DNA of 43,429 bases, taken from positions 1 to 43,429 of the IMG/VR virus record IMGVR_UViG_3300044496_000031, one strand, 5' to 3'. A program made the translations under genes and the position numbers. Below are positions 25,855-34,312 of the stretch, piece after piece; the stretch's first letter is position 1, and each line of letters starts with the position of its first letter. A model generated the notes under the pieces. It had not been told where the DNA came from. It was given only the letters and a program-made list of their open reading frames with translations, and did no database searches. Origin of the DNA: a virus. Its lineage: Duplodnaviria; Caudoviricetes.

Positions 25855-27338
25855 GCTGCCTCGGCGTTGAATGGGTCGTAGTCGGTCTGCGCAACCTCGG
25901 GCGGCCCGCCGTACTGGCCAGGGCGAAAGCCCATCTCGAGACGCGCAACCGGATGCGCGAAGGTCATCGCCAGCGTGTCGCCATCATCGGGCGAGGCGAG
26001 CCCGCGCTTCTTCATGTCGGATTTCTTCTCGAGCTGGATCCGGTTGTTCTTGTCGAACCCGTACTGCAGGCTGCCGAGGTCATCGCGCAGCTTGGGGTCG
26101 ACGTCGATGCAGGCCGCGGTAGTGAGCCAATCGCGCATGAGCCCATAGCACTCGGCGCGCTTGTTGAAGTAGTCGCGCTCGTTGCGCGCGCTCGCGCCGA
26201 ATTGGACCTCGATCACGGGAAACTGCAGTTGCCGCACGCGATCGACCACGCCCCCGCCTACGCCGTTGCCGTCAATGAAGATGACCTGCGGCTTGGTGTT
26301 GGTGGCCCACTCGGCAACGAAGCCGGCGAGCTTCATGGTGTCCACGCCTCGGTACTTGCGCGGCGGGATGCTGCGCGCGTCGTGCCCCTTGCGCCAGCGA
26401 ATGACCGATTGATCGTCTCCGAACCTGGCCACGTCAACCGACATGATGAGCGGTGCGCCAAGATCCTCGACTACCTCGCGCGCCTGTGCTGCTTCGATCA
26501 AGTCGCTGCCGATAAACTGCGTTGAGCCGGCGCGCGGGAACACGCCACGCACGCGAATTCGCACAAAGTCGCTGTCCTCGCCATAGTCGGCGACCCACTC
26601 CGCGATTTGGGCCTTGTTCGCCATGCGCGCCGTCCTGCTGTCGATCTGGCGTGTTTTCCAGCGATGAGCGAAGCGACCATTGCCGAAGCACTCGCGGAAT
26701 CGCCCGGTGTTGCGCGTCGGGTTGCCGGCGACGAACCAAATAATCTCGGTTCCTTCGTCGGTCATGGCACCCTCGGACGTCTCCCAAATAATGTCGGGTA
26801 TCGAGCTGCCCTCGTCCATGACGAGGAGGATGCGCTTGCCCTTGTTGTGCAGGCCGGCGAATGCCTCTGTGTTGCGCTCACTCCATGGGATCAAGTCGAA
26901 GCGCCAATTCTTCTCGTGCCCTTCCTGGGTCGAATACAAGGCCGTGGCCGTGCACTCGAACATGAATTTGTTGACCGACAGGTTTTTCCACTTGACGAGC
27001 TCGGGCCATGTTTTCGTGCGGAGCTGCGTATCGGTGTTCGCGGTCACGACGCCGCGCGTATCCTCGCGCGTCGACATCGCCCACAGGATGAGCCACGCGA
27101 CGAAGGCAGACTTGCCGATCCCGTGGCCGGATGCGATCGCTTCGCGCACGACCTGGTTTGGCAGCTTGATCCCATCGCGGATCTCGATGAGCGCCGCGCG
27201 CTGCCACTCGTCGGGCCCATCGAATCCCTCGAGCTCGCCCTCGCCCCACGGGAATGCGTACATCACGAACCCGAGCGGGTCCGCGTGGAATTTCGCCACG
27301 TCCTGCACGATGTTCTCGTGAAATTCGTAGACGTTCAC
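25851..27338 (-). CDS. terL: Terminase large subunit
   Basis: Walker A ASGHGIGKS, Walker B LLVMDEGS, GNPTR, nuclease SVDVARFGDD and SPDDGD. Confidence 0.95.
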   Translation of the reverse strand: MNVYEFHENIVQDVAKFHADPLGFVMYAFPWGEGELEGFDGPDEWQRAALIEIRDGIKLPNQVVREAIASGHGIGKSAFVAWLILWAMSTREDTRGVVTANTDTQLRTKTWPELVKWKNLSVNKFMFECTATALYSTQEGHEKNWRFDLIPWSERNTEAFAGLHNKGKRILLVMDEGSSIPDIIWETSEGAMTDEGTEIIWFVAGNPTRNTGRFRECFGNGRFAHRWKTRQIDSRTARMANKAQIAEWVADYGEDSDFVRIRVRGVFPRAGSTQFIGSDLIEAAQAREVVEDLGAPLIMSVDVARFGDDQSVIRWRKGHDARSIPPRKYRGVDTMKLAGFVAEWATNTKPQVIFIDGNGVGGGVVDRVRQLQFPVIEVQFGASARNERDYFNKRAECYGLMRDWLTTAACIDVDPKLRDDLGSLQYGFDKNNRIQLEKKSDMKKRGLASPDDGDTLAMTFAHPVARLEMGFRPGQYGGPPEVAQTDYDPFNAEAA

Positions 27339-27703
27339 GGCTCGGTGCGCTTGCGCGCTGCTTGCAGAATCTCGGCGAAGTCAGCGGACGCGGTGTGCTC
27401 GAGCTCTACCCGATCGCCGTAGACCTTCGGCAAGAGTTTCGCGAGCAGAAACTTGCGCACGTCGACACGGATGCGCTTGTCATCGGCAGCGATCGACTTG
27501 TTGTCGGCGAGATCAATGAGTTTTTCCGCTTCGGCCTCGATGCCATCACGTTTCGCGCGGGCGTACCTGTCCGCAGCTTCAGGAGCTGATTTGAAGAAAT
27601 CGTAGAGGACGCTGCGAGCAATTTTGTTATCGCGAAGGGCTTTGCTGGCGTTGCCGTGCGCGGTTATGTCGGCGATGAGGGCGTTGAATTTGGCGGCGTC
27701 CAT
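27335..27703 (-). CDS. terS: Terminase small subunit
   Basis: YARAKR..IE...RIRVDVRKFLLAKLLPKVYGDR, directly upstream of terL. Confidence 0.88.
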   Translation of the reverse strand: MDAAKFNALIADITAHGNASKALRDNKIARSVLYDFFKSAPEAADRYARAKRDGIEAEAEKLIDLADNKSIAADDKRIRVDVRKFLLAKLLPKVYGDRVELEHTASADFAEILQAARKRTEP

Positions 27704-27711
27704 TCCGCGCG

Positions 27712-27739
27712 ATGGTGCGACGGGATTTCAAAAAGTCAA
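27712..27739 (-). promoter_or_regulatory. Candidate sigma70-type late promoter (TTGACT-16-CACCAT), probably giving a leaderless terS mRNA
   Basis: -35 at 27739-27734, -10 at 27717-27712, ATG at 27703 with no clear SD. Confidence 0.4.
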
Positions 27740-27867
27740 GTGGTAGGCGCTTTGGGTTTGGCGAGGAATGCGGCGATGGAGGCGAGGAGCGGTATGCGTT
27801 CGACGCGCTTGGAGTGCAAGGCTTTGGCGGTGAGGAGGGCTTTGGGCGGGGGGTTGATGCGTTTCAT
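27736..27867 (-). CDS. 43-aa basic hypothetical protein
   Basis: ATG at 27867 overlaps the upstream stop (ATGA). Confidence 0.45.
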   Translation of the reverse strand: MKRINPPPKALLTAKALHSKRVERIPLLASIAAFLAKPKAPTT

Positions 27868-28082
27868 GGTGCGATCTCTGGGCGAGGCAGGACGCCGGCG
27901 CCTGGGTAGCGTTTGAGCATTTCGGCTTGGGATGCTGGTGGGCACATGAAAACCTCGACCTCCTCGCCGCCTGGTTTGCGTACGAGCCACCATTCGCGGG
28001 CGATTTGGCGTTCGATGCGGTTGGCTGCGGCCTGGCTGATCGCCATGGCTCGAGCTTGGAGGTCGTCGATTGCGGTGGTCAT
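27864..28082 (-). CDS. Hypothetical protein
   Basis: ATGA-coupled to the replication initiator; 72 aa. Confidence 0.6.
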   Translation of the reverse strand: MTTAIDDLQARAMAISQAAANRIERQIAREWWLVRKPGGEEVEVFMCPPASQAEMLKRYPGAGVLPRPEIAP

Positions 28083-28813
28083 GCGCGTCGCCTGGCGTTG
28101 GCAGCGGTGTGCACGCGGTCTGCGAACAGCTCATCGCTCTCGCCTTGGATGCGAGGCATTCCGAGGGTTTGAGCGGTGGCGCTGACCCAATCCGGTGAGC
28201 TCCAATTCGCCGAGGGTTTTCTGCCTTTGACCCCTCCCGATTTATCGGGAATGCTTGTGCCGTTGCTCCCCTGCCGCGCGTCACCTTCACCAAACTCTAA
28301 GGCAGGTTTTAAGTGCTTTTCAGAAGCAAATGCAGAAGAAGAAGAAGGGGGGGGTTCCAAGGGGGGTTCCAAAAGCCCCTTATCTGCGTGAATTAAGGGG
28401 GGTTGAATATCCCCCGTTGAATTACGTGGCCTGCCCCCCTTCGCACCGTGTTCAGCGCCTTTGATTCCGTGCTCGGCGCCGGCCGAACCGCCTGCCGCGC
28501 GGACGTTGCGCAGGAGCTCGTCCTTGACCATGCGGCGCGAGAAGATGATGCCGGCCGCGTCGCGCGAGTACACGCCGGCGTCCTCGAGCTCGGTCATAAG
28601 GCGCGAGCACTCACGCTCGGACAGGCCGACCAGGCGCCCGAGCTGCGCCGGTGTCATGGCCTTCCCGTTCACGACCAGGTGCCCATAGGGCTCGCACTCG
28701 TGCATTACGCAAAGCATTTCAAGCCACAGGCCGCGCGCGGTCAGGGAGCACGATTGCAGAGCGGCGTCCTTGCGCCAATCGGCCGGGTAGAACTGGAAGG
28801 CGGGGCGTTTCAC
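28079..28813 (-). CDS. Phage replication initiator (lambda O-like position)
   Basis: MKRPAFQFYPADWR.D..LQSCSL.ARGLW.EMLC.MH, IFSRRMV, KGGRP and a low-complexity middle with internal repeats. Confidence 0.8.
   Translation of the reverse strand: MKRPAFQFYPADWRKDAALQSCSLTARGLWLEMLCVMHECEPYGHLVVNGKAMTPAQLGRLVGLSERECSRLMTELEDAGVYSRDAAGIIFSRRMVKDELLRNVRAAGGSAGAEHGIKGAEHGAKGGRPRNSTGDIQPPLIHADKGLLEPPLEPPPSSSSAFASEKHLKPALEFGEGDARQGSNGTSIPDKSGGVKGRKPSANWSSPDWVSATAQTLGMPRIQGESDELFADRVHTAANARRRA
28345..28441. repeat. Iteron-like repeats, putative replication origin inside the initiator gene
   Basis: GGGGGGTTCCAA twice, AAGGGGGGTTGAAT, opposed C-runs, AT-richer context. Confidence 0.55.
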
Positions 28814-29013
28814 GCTGCAACCGATTCCTTCCAGAATGGGATTTCGGGCGATTCCTTTCGCATGGCGTGGTACTCAAGCTGCGTGGCTCGAAGTTTGATC
28901 GCCTTGCCTGCGCTGTTGTTGAGCTCGCTGGCCGTTTTCACGTCGAGCGTGCCGGCTTCGAGTCCCTTCACTACGCGGCCGATGAGGGCTGAAACGTCGC
29001 CAATACTGTTCAT
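28810..29013 (-). CDS. Hypothetical protein (67 aa)
   Basis: Start re-called at ATG 29013 (ATGA overlap, GGAG upstream). Confidence 0.6.
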   Translation of the reverse strand: MNSIGDVSALIGRVVKGLEAGTLDVKTASELNNSAGKAIKLRATQLEYHAMRKESPEIPFWKESVAA

Positions 29014-29336
29014 TTCCTGAGCTCCTTTATCTTTCGTGTTAACAGCACCTGGGATTGTTTTGCGGTGGCAAGTTGTTCCGTAAGGTGCGCCGTTTTGATG
29101 CCTAACAAATCTGCCAAATAGCACGGCTTCAAGCGTTCTATTCTGTTCTTTCGATCGCGTCGATTCGCCGCTTTCCCGCTAGATGTTTTCTTCCAACGCG
29201 CTCGCCGCGCGGTTCGCCATTCGGGGTTTTTCTTCTCCCACCGCGCACGGTAAGCGTTGCATTTGTCGCGGTTTTTTTTGCTCCACTCCCTCATATATGC
29301 GGCATGTTTCTCGGCCGTCTGACTCATGGTTCGCAC
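29010..29336 (-). CDS. Basic Arg/Lys-rich hypothetical protein
   Basis: AT-richer segment; likely starts MSQTAEK at 29327. Confidence 0.6.
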   Translation of the reverse strand: MRTMSQTAEKHAAYMREWSKKNRDKCNAYRARWEKKNPEWRTARRARWKKTSSGKAANRRDRKNRIERLKPCYLADLLGIKTAHLTEQLATAKQSQVLLTRKIKELRK

Positions 29337-29947
29337 CTGGCCACGAGCTGCCCGCGGCCGGCGTACACCAGCGCGCAGCCGTCGGGAAACTTCACTACAT
29401 CCACACCATCTAGTGAGGATTCCGAGAAATCAATCGCTGCGGGCCTTGGCCGGTCGCGTGAGGCGCGTAGCGCGGTGGGCGCGAACACTATGCCGCGGCT
29501 CCATCCTGTGCCCGTCTCGCCCTCGATGCGTAGGGCCTGGCTGTTCTCATTCATGGGGTCCGGTGGCGGCGACAAGTACAGATAATCGGGGCGGTTTTTG
29601 AACGTGAGCCAGGCGCCGATTTTCCGCTGCGCATTCGCGGGTTCGCGATTGATGGTCGAGGCTTCGATGCCGACCAGGCGCGAGACGCTGCCCGGTTGCG
29701 CCCATGCCTCGGTGGCGATGCCGAACGCGATTTGATGCACGCCGGCGGCGTTGCTGGCGTTGATCTGCGCGCCCACTGTGACGAGCGTGTCGGGCGGTGC
29801 ACCGTTGTCGGTTACGCGCGTAGCTTCGACGACGGGCAAACCATAGGCGATTTGTGACTGTGCTTCGGCCGCGTAGAACGTGAGCATGGCCATGGATCCC
29901 GCGGCCAGGCACCAGCCGATGAGGCGCTCGGGGTCGCGTGTTCTCAT
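29324..29947 (-). CDS. Hypothetical protein with signal/anchor peptide and fibre-like beta repeats
   Basis: Hydrophobic N-terminus ending AEA-Q; ATGA overlaps on both sides. Confidence 0.6.
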   Translation of the reverse strand: MRTRDPERLIGWCLAAGSMAMLTFYAAEAQSQIAYGLPVVEATRVTDNGAPPDTLVTVGAQINASNAAGVHQIAFGIATEAWAQPGSVSRLVGIEASTINREPANAQRKIGAWLTFKNRPDYLYLSPPPDPMNENSQALRIEGETGTGWSRGIVFAPTALRASRDRPRPAAIDFSESSLDGVDVVKFPDGCALVYAGRGQLVARCEP

Positions 29948-30450
29948 GCGTCCACCAGGCGGCCGGGGAATTCAGTGCCAAGGGAGAGCCGCAACAACGC
30001 GCTCCGGTTGATCTCATCCCACGCGACGAGGCACGAGGGCGCGCCGGCATTGGCTGTTGCGCGCAGGCCCGAGCCGAAGTGGAAATTGATGCGGCCGCGC
30101 AGGAAATAGACCGCTGACGCCTTGCCCCAAATGCTATCGAAAAAGTGCTGCGTCTCGGTGCGCGCGAATATCAAGGCGATCGCGTTGCCGTGGGCCGCGC
30201 AGCGTGCGAGCCAGCGCGCGACGGAATTGTATGGCGGGTTGCACCAAACGCGGCCGCGCCACGGCAGATTGAGCCCGTTATCCTCGATGGTGAAATGCCG
30301 CTCGGCGGTCGGCCAGGGCCGCGCTACCGGCGCGCATGGATCAAGGTCGAAATGCCCGAGCGCACGCAGCAACGCCGGCGGCGTCAGCCATTCGTTTGTG
30401 GTCGCGCGTGGGCTATGGTGCCCGCCAATGCCGAGGGACAATGAGGTCAA
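29944..30450 (-). CDS. Phage N6-adenine DNA methyltransferase
   Basis: EWLTP, FDLDPCA, catalytic VWCNPPY, ARTET and FLRGRI; TTG start at 30450 with AGGAG RBS. Confidence 0.88.
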   Translation of the reverse strand: MTSLSLGIGGHHSPRATTNEWLTPPALLRALGHFDLDPCAPVARPWPTAERHFTIEDNGLNLPWRGRVWCNPPYNSVARWLARCAAHGNAIALIFARTETQHFFDSIWGKASAVYFLRGRINFHFGSGLRATANAGAPSCLVAWDEINRSALLRLSLGTEFPGRLVDA

Positions 30451-31067
30451 GCGATCTCCTCGAGCTCGACGACGCACGTCGCGCGCTTGCTGAACCTGCG
30501 CTCTATGATTAGCTTGTCGATTTGGCTGTCGTCGTGATACGCGCCTGCGTACATGAGGGCATCCTCGAGCGCCTTGATGCGGTTCGAAATGTCCTGGCGA
30601 ATATTGTTGGCCTGGTAGAACGCAGCGCGCAGGCAGATTCGGCCCTCGAGCGGGGGCACCCTGCCCTCGGGTTGCCGTGTGCGAGCGCGCACCAGTGCGA
30701 TCACTTGCGAGCGAAATTCGCGCTGCTCGTCGTGTAGGAATTTGCGCCCGTTCTTGGCTGTGCCGTAGAGCGCATTGACGGAAGGCGGCAGCGGTAGCTC
30801 GAAGGTCATTCGGCGCAGCGACAAGAGCGTCCTTTGTGGGGCCACGGCATCCGGGGACTCGTCAGGGAAGAAGCCGATTCGCGGCTCCTTATGCGCTAAG
30901 TTTTGGGGAGTAGCGCAATCCCCGGCGCCGTGGCTTTCGGTGTCGACGACCTCGGCGCGCATGGTGCCTATGCCGACGTCGACGAAATCTTTTTTCGCGT
31001 ACTCGCGCGCGCGCTTCGCCTGGTGCTCCTCGAGCTGCTCCTCGGTCCAGCGCATCACGTTGCTCAT
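30447..31067 (-). CDS. rusA: RusA-family Holliday junction resolvase with an N-terminal extension
   Basis: LPLPPSVNALY and QDISNRIKALEDAL...DDSQI; start re-called at ATG 31067. Confidence 0.85.
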   Translation of the reverse strand: MSNVMRWTEEQLEEHQAKRAREYAKKDFVDVGIGTMRAEVVDTESHGAGDCATPQNLAHKEPRIGFFPDESPDAVAPQRTLLSLRRMTFELPLPPSVNALYGTAKNGRKFLHDEQREFRSQVIALVRARTRQPEGRVPPLEGRICLRAAFYQANNIRQDISNRIKALEDALMYAGAYHDDSQIDKLIIERRFSKRATCVVELEEIA

Positions 31068-31372
31068 TTCGGTATGTCTCCCCAATTGAGCACGCTGTCG
31101 CCTTCGTCGGGGCGCGATAGCTTCTCGATCCCCCACTGTTTCAGCGCCGCGTAGGTGTGCGCATCGAAGCATTGCGAATCGACCGGCACGGGTTTCAACC
31201 CGAGCGCGGTGAGGGTGAGTGCGATGCGCTCCCAATTCGTGCGCTGCACGGTGGAATCATCGACGCCGAGCGTGAGCGCGACGGGGCCGAGGCCGACGAC
31301 CGCGAGGCGATGCAACATAACGCCTTGAGTCTTGCGTGTACGTGCATCGAGTGTGCGCGATGGTTCGGCCAT
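31064..31372 (-). CDS. CII-like transcriptional regulator
   Basis: HTH-like VALTLGVDDSTVQR and LTALGLKPVP, as in lambda CII; directly after cro. Confidence 0.7.
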   Translation of the reverse strand: MAEPSRTLDARTRKTQGVMLHRLAVVGLGPVALTLGVDDSTVQRTNWERIALTLTALGLKPVPVDSQCFDAHTYAALKQWGIEKLSRPDEGDSVLNWGDIPK

Positions 31373-31382
31373 GCCCTGCCCT

Positions 31383-31589
31383 TCACGCTGCTGTTGCTGT
31401 CGGTTCGCCGAAGATGTCGGGCCGCATTTTCACGGCCGGAATGCCGTACAGGCCCTCAAGCTTCTTGCAGAATTCGGCCGGGATGCGCGCCTTCTGCCAC
31501 TTGTTCACGGCCTGGGGCGTGATCCCGCACGCGGCCGCGATCGCTTGCTGTGATCCGGCCCTCTCGACGAGCTCGTCAAATACGTCCAT
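31383..31589 (-). CDS. cro: Cro/YdaS-like HTH repressor
   Basis: MDVFDELVERAGSQQAIAAACGITPQAVNKWQK.RIPA...MRPDIFG; start re-called at ATG 31589. Confidence 0.85.
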   Translation of the reverse strand: MDVFDELVERAGSQQAIAAACGITPQAVNKWQKARIPAEFCKKLEGLYGIPAVKMRPDIFGEPTATAA

Positions 31590-31596
31590 GGAGCAC

Positions 31597-31625
31597 ATAC
31601 TAAACCGCCCGTTTACGAAAGTCAA
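31597..31625 (-). promoter_or_regulatory. PR-like sigma70 promoter TTGACT-17-TAGTAT
   Basis: -35 at 31625-31620, -10 at 31602-31597; overlapped by two operators. Confidence 0.8.
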
Positions 31626-31636
31626 CCAGCGGTTGC
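31601..31636. promoter_or_regulatory. Operator pair OR (TAAAC-N5-GTTTA at 31601; TCAAC-N5-GTTGC at 31622)
   Basis: 15-bp palindromes 21 bp apart. Confidence 0.75.
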
Positions 31637-31685
31637 TTGTGCCCGTCGCACGAGCGGCGGTCAACACCTGGCCAAGCTGCTCGCC

Positions 31686-31883
31686 ATGGCCTACCCGCGG
31701 CGCGTCTCGCGCGAGCGCCTGCCACGTGATATTGAGGAGGTCGACGACGTGGTCGACAAGCGGACGTGCGGCCAGATTTTCGACACGCTGCCCCGTGACG
31801 AGCGGGCGAAGTGGCTCGAATACGGTGGCCTGCTGGTCGAGCGCCACGCCCCGCGCGGCAAGCCGGCCAAGGTCAAGCAATGA
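31686..31883 (+). CDS. 65-aa protein in the cI position with no recognisable HTH (possible repressor remnant)
   Basis: Divergent from cro and between the operator pairs; the upstream in-frame sequence gives no HTH either. Confidence 0.5.
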   Translation: MAYPRRVSRERLPRDIEEVDDVVDKRTCGQIFDTLPRDERAKWLEYGGLLVERHAPRGKPAKVKQ

Positions 31884-31912
31884 GACGCGGCACCTTTTTT
31901 TTGCATTGAGAC

Positions 31913-31948
31913 TAAACCGGGGGTTGACATTACTAAACGATGGGTTTA
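31913..31948. promoter_or_regulatory. Operator pair OL (TAAAC-N5-GTTGA at 31913; TAAAC-N5-GTTTA at 31934)
   Basis: Same consensus and 21-bp spacing as the OR pair. Confidence 0.78.
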
Positions 31949-31952
31949 CTAT
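31924..31952 (+). promoter_or_regulatory. PL-like sigma70 promoter TTGACA-17-TACTAT
   Basis: Near-consensus hexamers heading the plus-strand early operon; followed by a hairpin at 31961-31979. Confidence 0.88.
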
Positions 31953-31996
31953 GCAGTTGTGGCCTGGATTCGCCGGGCCTGAAAAGGGACCGAGAA

Positions 31997-32161
31997 ATGA
32001 AGCGTTCTTTTCAAGAGTGGATGGCCCTGGTGGACAAGATGATAGCGGCCGCGGTCGGCGTGTCGTCGAACGACCTGCCCGACTGTTGCTATCGCGATTG
32101 GTACGACGACGGCGTCAACCCGTTCCACGCCGCGGCGCGCGCGATCAAGGCGGCCTCATGA
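31997..32161 (+). CDS. Early hypothetical protein (54 aa)
   Basis: ATG at 31997 after AAGGGA; DLPDCCYRDWYDDG motif. Confidence 0.7.
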   Translation: MKRSFQEWMALVDKMIAAAVGVSSNDLPDCCYRDWYDDGVNPFHAAARAIKAAS

Positions 32162-32469
32162 GCGTCCTCAATCCGGTTTTCAACGTCGGAGACGTGCTCT
32201 ACGGCTCTTGGGGCTACGACCAAACAAACGTGGAATTTTTCGAGATCGTCAAGCTCGTCGGGAAATCCACCGTCGAAATAATGGAACGCGGCCACGAAAT
32301 GTTGAGCGGCGGCGGCGCCGAAATGAGCGCCCGCGTGATCCCCGCGAAAGCCTACATCGGGCTCGCGATGCGCAAGCGCATCGACCGCAACGGCCGCGTG
32401 AAGCTGCACGATTTCTGCCGCCTCGCCAAGTGGGACGGCTCGCCCAAATACAAAAGCTGGTACGCATGA
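32158..32469 (+). CDS. Early conserved hypothetical protein
   Basis: ATGA-coupled; VGDVLYGSWGYDQTNVEFFEIV motif. Confidence 0.75.
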   Translation: MSVLNPVFNVGDVLYGSWGYDQTNVEFFEIVKLVGKSTVEIMERGHEMLSGGGAEMSARVIPAKAYIGLAMRKRIDRNGRVKLHDFCRLAKWDGSPKYKSWYA

Positions 32470-32738
32470 AGGCCGCCCGCGTGTCGCCAGTGGCGCAAGC
32501 CTACGCGCGCAGCAAGCCGGGCCGCGAGGCACTGTTCGAGATCGGTCGCGCGATGGAATGCACCGAAGATAAGTGCGGCATCGTGTGGGAGCGTTTCGTC
32601 GTCGGTGGGGAGTCGCTGATTCTCGTGGCCACGCCGCACTGGTGGGACGTGTACGCACCGCTGACCAGTGACGGCGAGATCGCCGCCGTGGTCGCCGCGA
32701 TCAAGGCCCGCGCTGTTGCGGGCAAGGCGGCTGCATGA
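32466..32738 (+). CDS. Early hypothetical protein
   Basis: ATGA-coupled at both ends; starts MKAARVSP. Confidence 0.65.
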   Translation: MKAARVSPVAQAYARSKPGREALFEIGRAMECTEDKCGIVWERFVVGGESLILVATPHWWDVYAPLTSDGEIAAVVAAIKARAVAGKAAA

Positions 32739-33544
32739 ACGCCTACGAGCAGAAACAGGAAGCGCGCCGGTATCGGCTGTTGAGCCGCGCCGCCGCCCTC
32801 GAGGCCCAGGCCGAGAGCGCGAACAAGCGCTCTAACGACCTGGTCGCGGGCATCCCGTTCGGCCAGCCGATTCTCGTTGGCCACCATTCCGAAGGGCGCC
32901 ACCGTCGCACGCTCGAAAAGTCGTGGAACCTCATGGGCAAATTCGTTGCGCTGTCGGCGCAGGCCAAGGAAACCGCGCGCCGCGCCGATGCCGTGGGATC
33001 CGCCGGCGTGTCGTCGGATGACCCCGAGGCGCCCGACAAACTGCGCGCGCAGCTCGCGAAACTCGAAGCGCAACGCTCGCACATGGTCAAAGTCAACAAG
33101 CTCTTTCGCGCCGGCAAGGCGCCCGAGCTCGCGGTCTTGGGCTATGACCTGGAAAAGCTGCGCGTGCAGGTTGCCGCGCAATATTCCTGGGAGCGCGCGC
33201 CCTTCGTCGGTTGGGAGCTCTCGAACCTGGGCGCGAATATCCGCCGCATCAAGGCGCGCATCGAGGAGCTCGACCGCAAGGCGCCGATGATGGAAGCGGA
33301 CAGCGTCGAGCACGACGAGGGCGCATTCGTAGTCGTCGAGAATTTCGAGGCGAACCGGATCCAGTTGAAATTCGCGGGCAAGCCTGCGGCCGCGGTGCGC
33401 GACGTGTTGAAGCGCAGCGGGTTCCGGTGGGCGCCGAGTGAGGGCGCGTGGCAGCGCCAGTTGAAAGACGGAATCGTCGCCTCGGTACGCGGCGGTTATC
33501 TCGGGCAACAAATTCGCGACGCGATCGCAAAGGGGCAAGCATGA
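32735..33544 (+). CDS. DUF3560-like protein
   Basis: IPFGQPILVGHHSEGRHRR, SSDDPEA, LSNLGANIRRIKARI and LKRSGFRWAPSEGAWQR. Confidence 0.8.
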   Translation: MNAYEQKQEARRYRLLSRAAALEAQAESANKRSNDLVAGIPFGQPILVGHHSEGRHRRTLEKSWNLMGKFVALSAQAKETARRADAVGSAGVSSDDPEAPDKLRAQLAKLEAQRSHMVKVNKLFRAGKAPELAVLGYDLEKLRVQVAAQYSWERAPFVGWELSNLGANIRRIKARIEELDRKAPMMEADSVEHDEGAFVVVENFEANRIQLKFAGKPAAAVRDVLKRSGFRWAPSEGAWQRQLKDGIVASVRGGYLGQQIRDAIAKGQA

Positions 33545-33777
33545 AAATCGGCGCGTTTGAAGTCTCGCACGGCGATCGCGTTGCCTTCGTCGACGCGCGC
33601 GGCCAGGAGCGCACTGGCAAGGCGAACGGGCTGCTCTTGTTCCCGACGCATTGCGTCGTCGATATGGGCGGCCAACACGGGACGCCCTACGTCGTCCAGG
33701 CTGATCGGATTCTCTCCGTGCTCGCGCGGCGCAATCGCGGGCAAATGGATCTCCTCGCCGCGTCGGGGGTCGCATGA
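33541..33777 (+). CDS. Early hypothetical protein
   Basis: ATG at 33541 overlaps the previous stop. Confidence 0.6.
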   Translation: MKIGAFEVSHGDRVAFVDARGQERTGKANGLLLFPTHCVVDMGGQHGTPYVVQADRILSVLARRNRGQMDLLAASGVA

Positions 33778-34061
33778 ATCCGATCGACCAAGCACTCGCC
33801 CCGTTCAAGCCGCGCGATCCGAACCTCCGCGAAGGTCCGCGCATCGACGCCTGGCCCACCGACATCGAAGCACTGTGCAAGGAGCTCAGGGTCGGCCGCG
33901 AGCGGATCCGCAGCCTCGAGACGGCGCTCGAGGAGCTGCATGAGCTCGTCGACGACTATGTCGACGTGGTCGATGGCGAGGACGGCCAGCCGATGCCGAA
34001 CATGCCGATGCGCGTGCAGAACATCATCGACGCCGCACTCGGTCGGAGGCCCGCACCATGA
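33774..34061 (+). CDS. Early hypothetical protein
   Basis: ATGA-coupled; 95 aa. Confidence 0.6.
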   Translation: MNPIDQALAPFKPRDPNLREGPRIDAWPTDIEALCKELRVGRERIRSLETALEELHELVDDYVDVVDGEDGQPMPNMPMRVQNIIDAALGRRPAP

Positions 34062-34312
34062 TGCTCGAAGGATGGGACACCGACCCCGGCATGATCGCTG
34101 CGCAACAGGCGCGCGCGTACATCGTCAAACTCTACGATCCGCTTGGGCGAGTGCCCGACCGCTTCCTGACCGCGCGCGGAACGTGGACGGCGTCTCGCGA
34201 TCACGCGCTCATATTCGCAACGGAGCGGCTAGCGTGCGAATCCGCCGGATTCAAAGCGCGGACGCTCGACCTGCGCGAGCTCGATACCTGCGTTGAACGG
34301 TGGGCGCCATGA
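34058..34312 (+). CDS. Early hypothetical protein
   Basis: GGAGG RBS; ATGA-coupled. Confidence 0.6.
   Translation: MMLEGWDTDPGMIAAQQARAYIVKLYDPLGRVPDRFLTARGTWTASRDHALIFATERLACESAGFKARTLDLRELDTCVERWAP

Noticed and set aside
31336-32469. 377-aa ORF spanning the immunity region
   Set aside because: Crosses cro, the operators and the promoters; only the part from ATG 32158 looks like a real gene.
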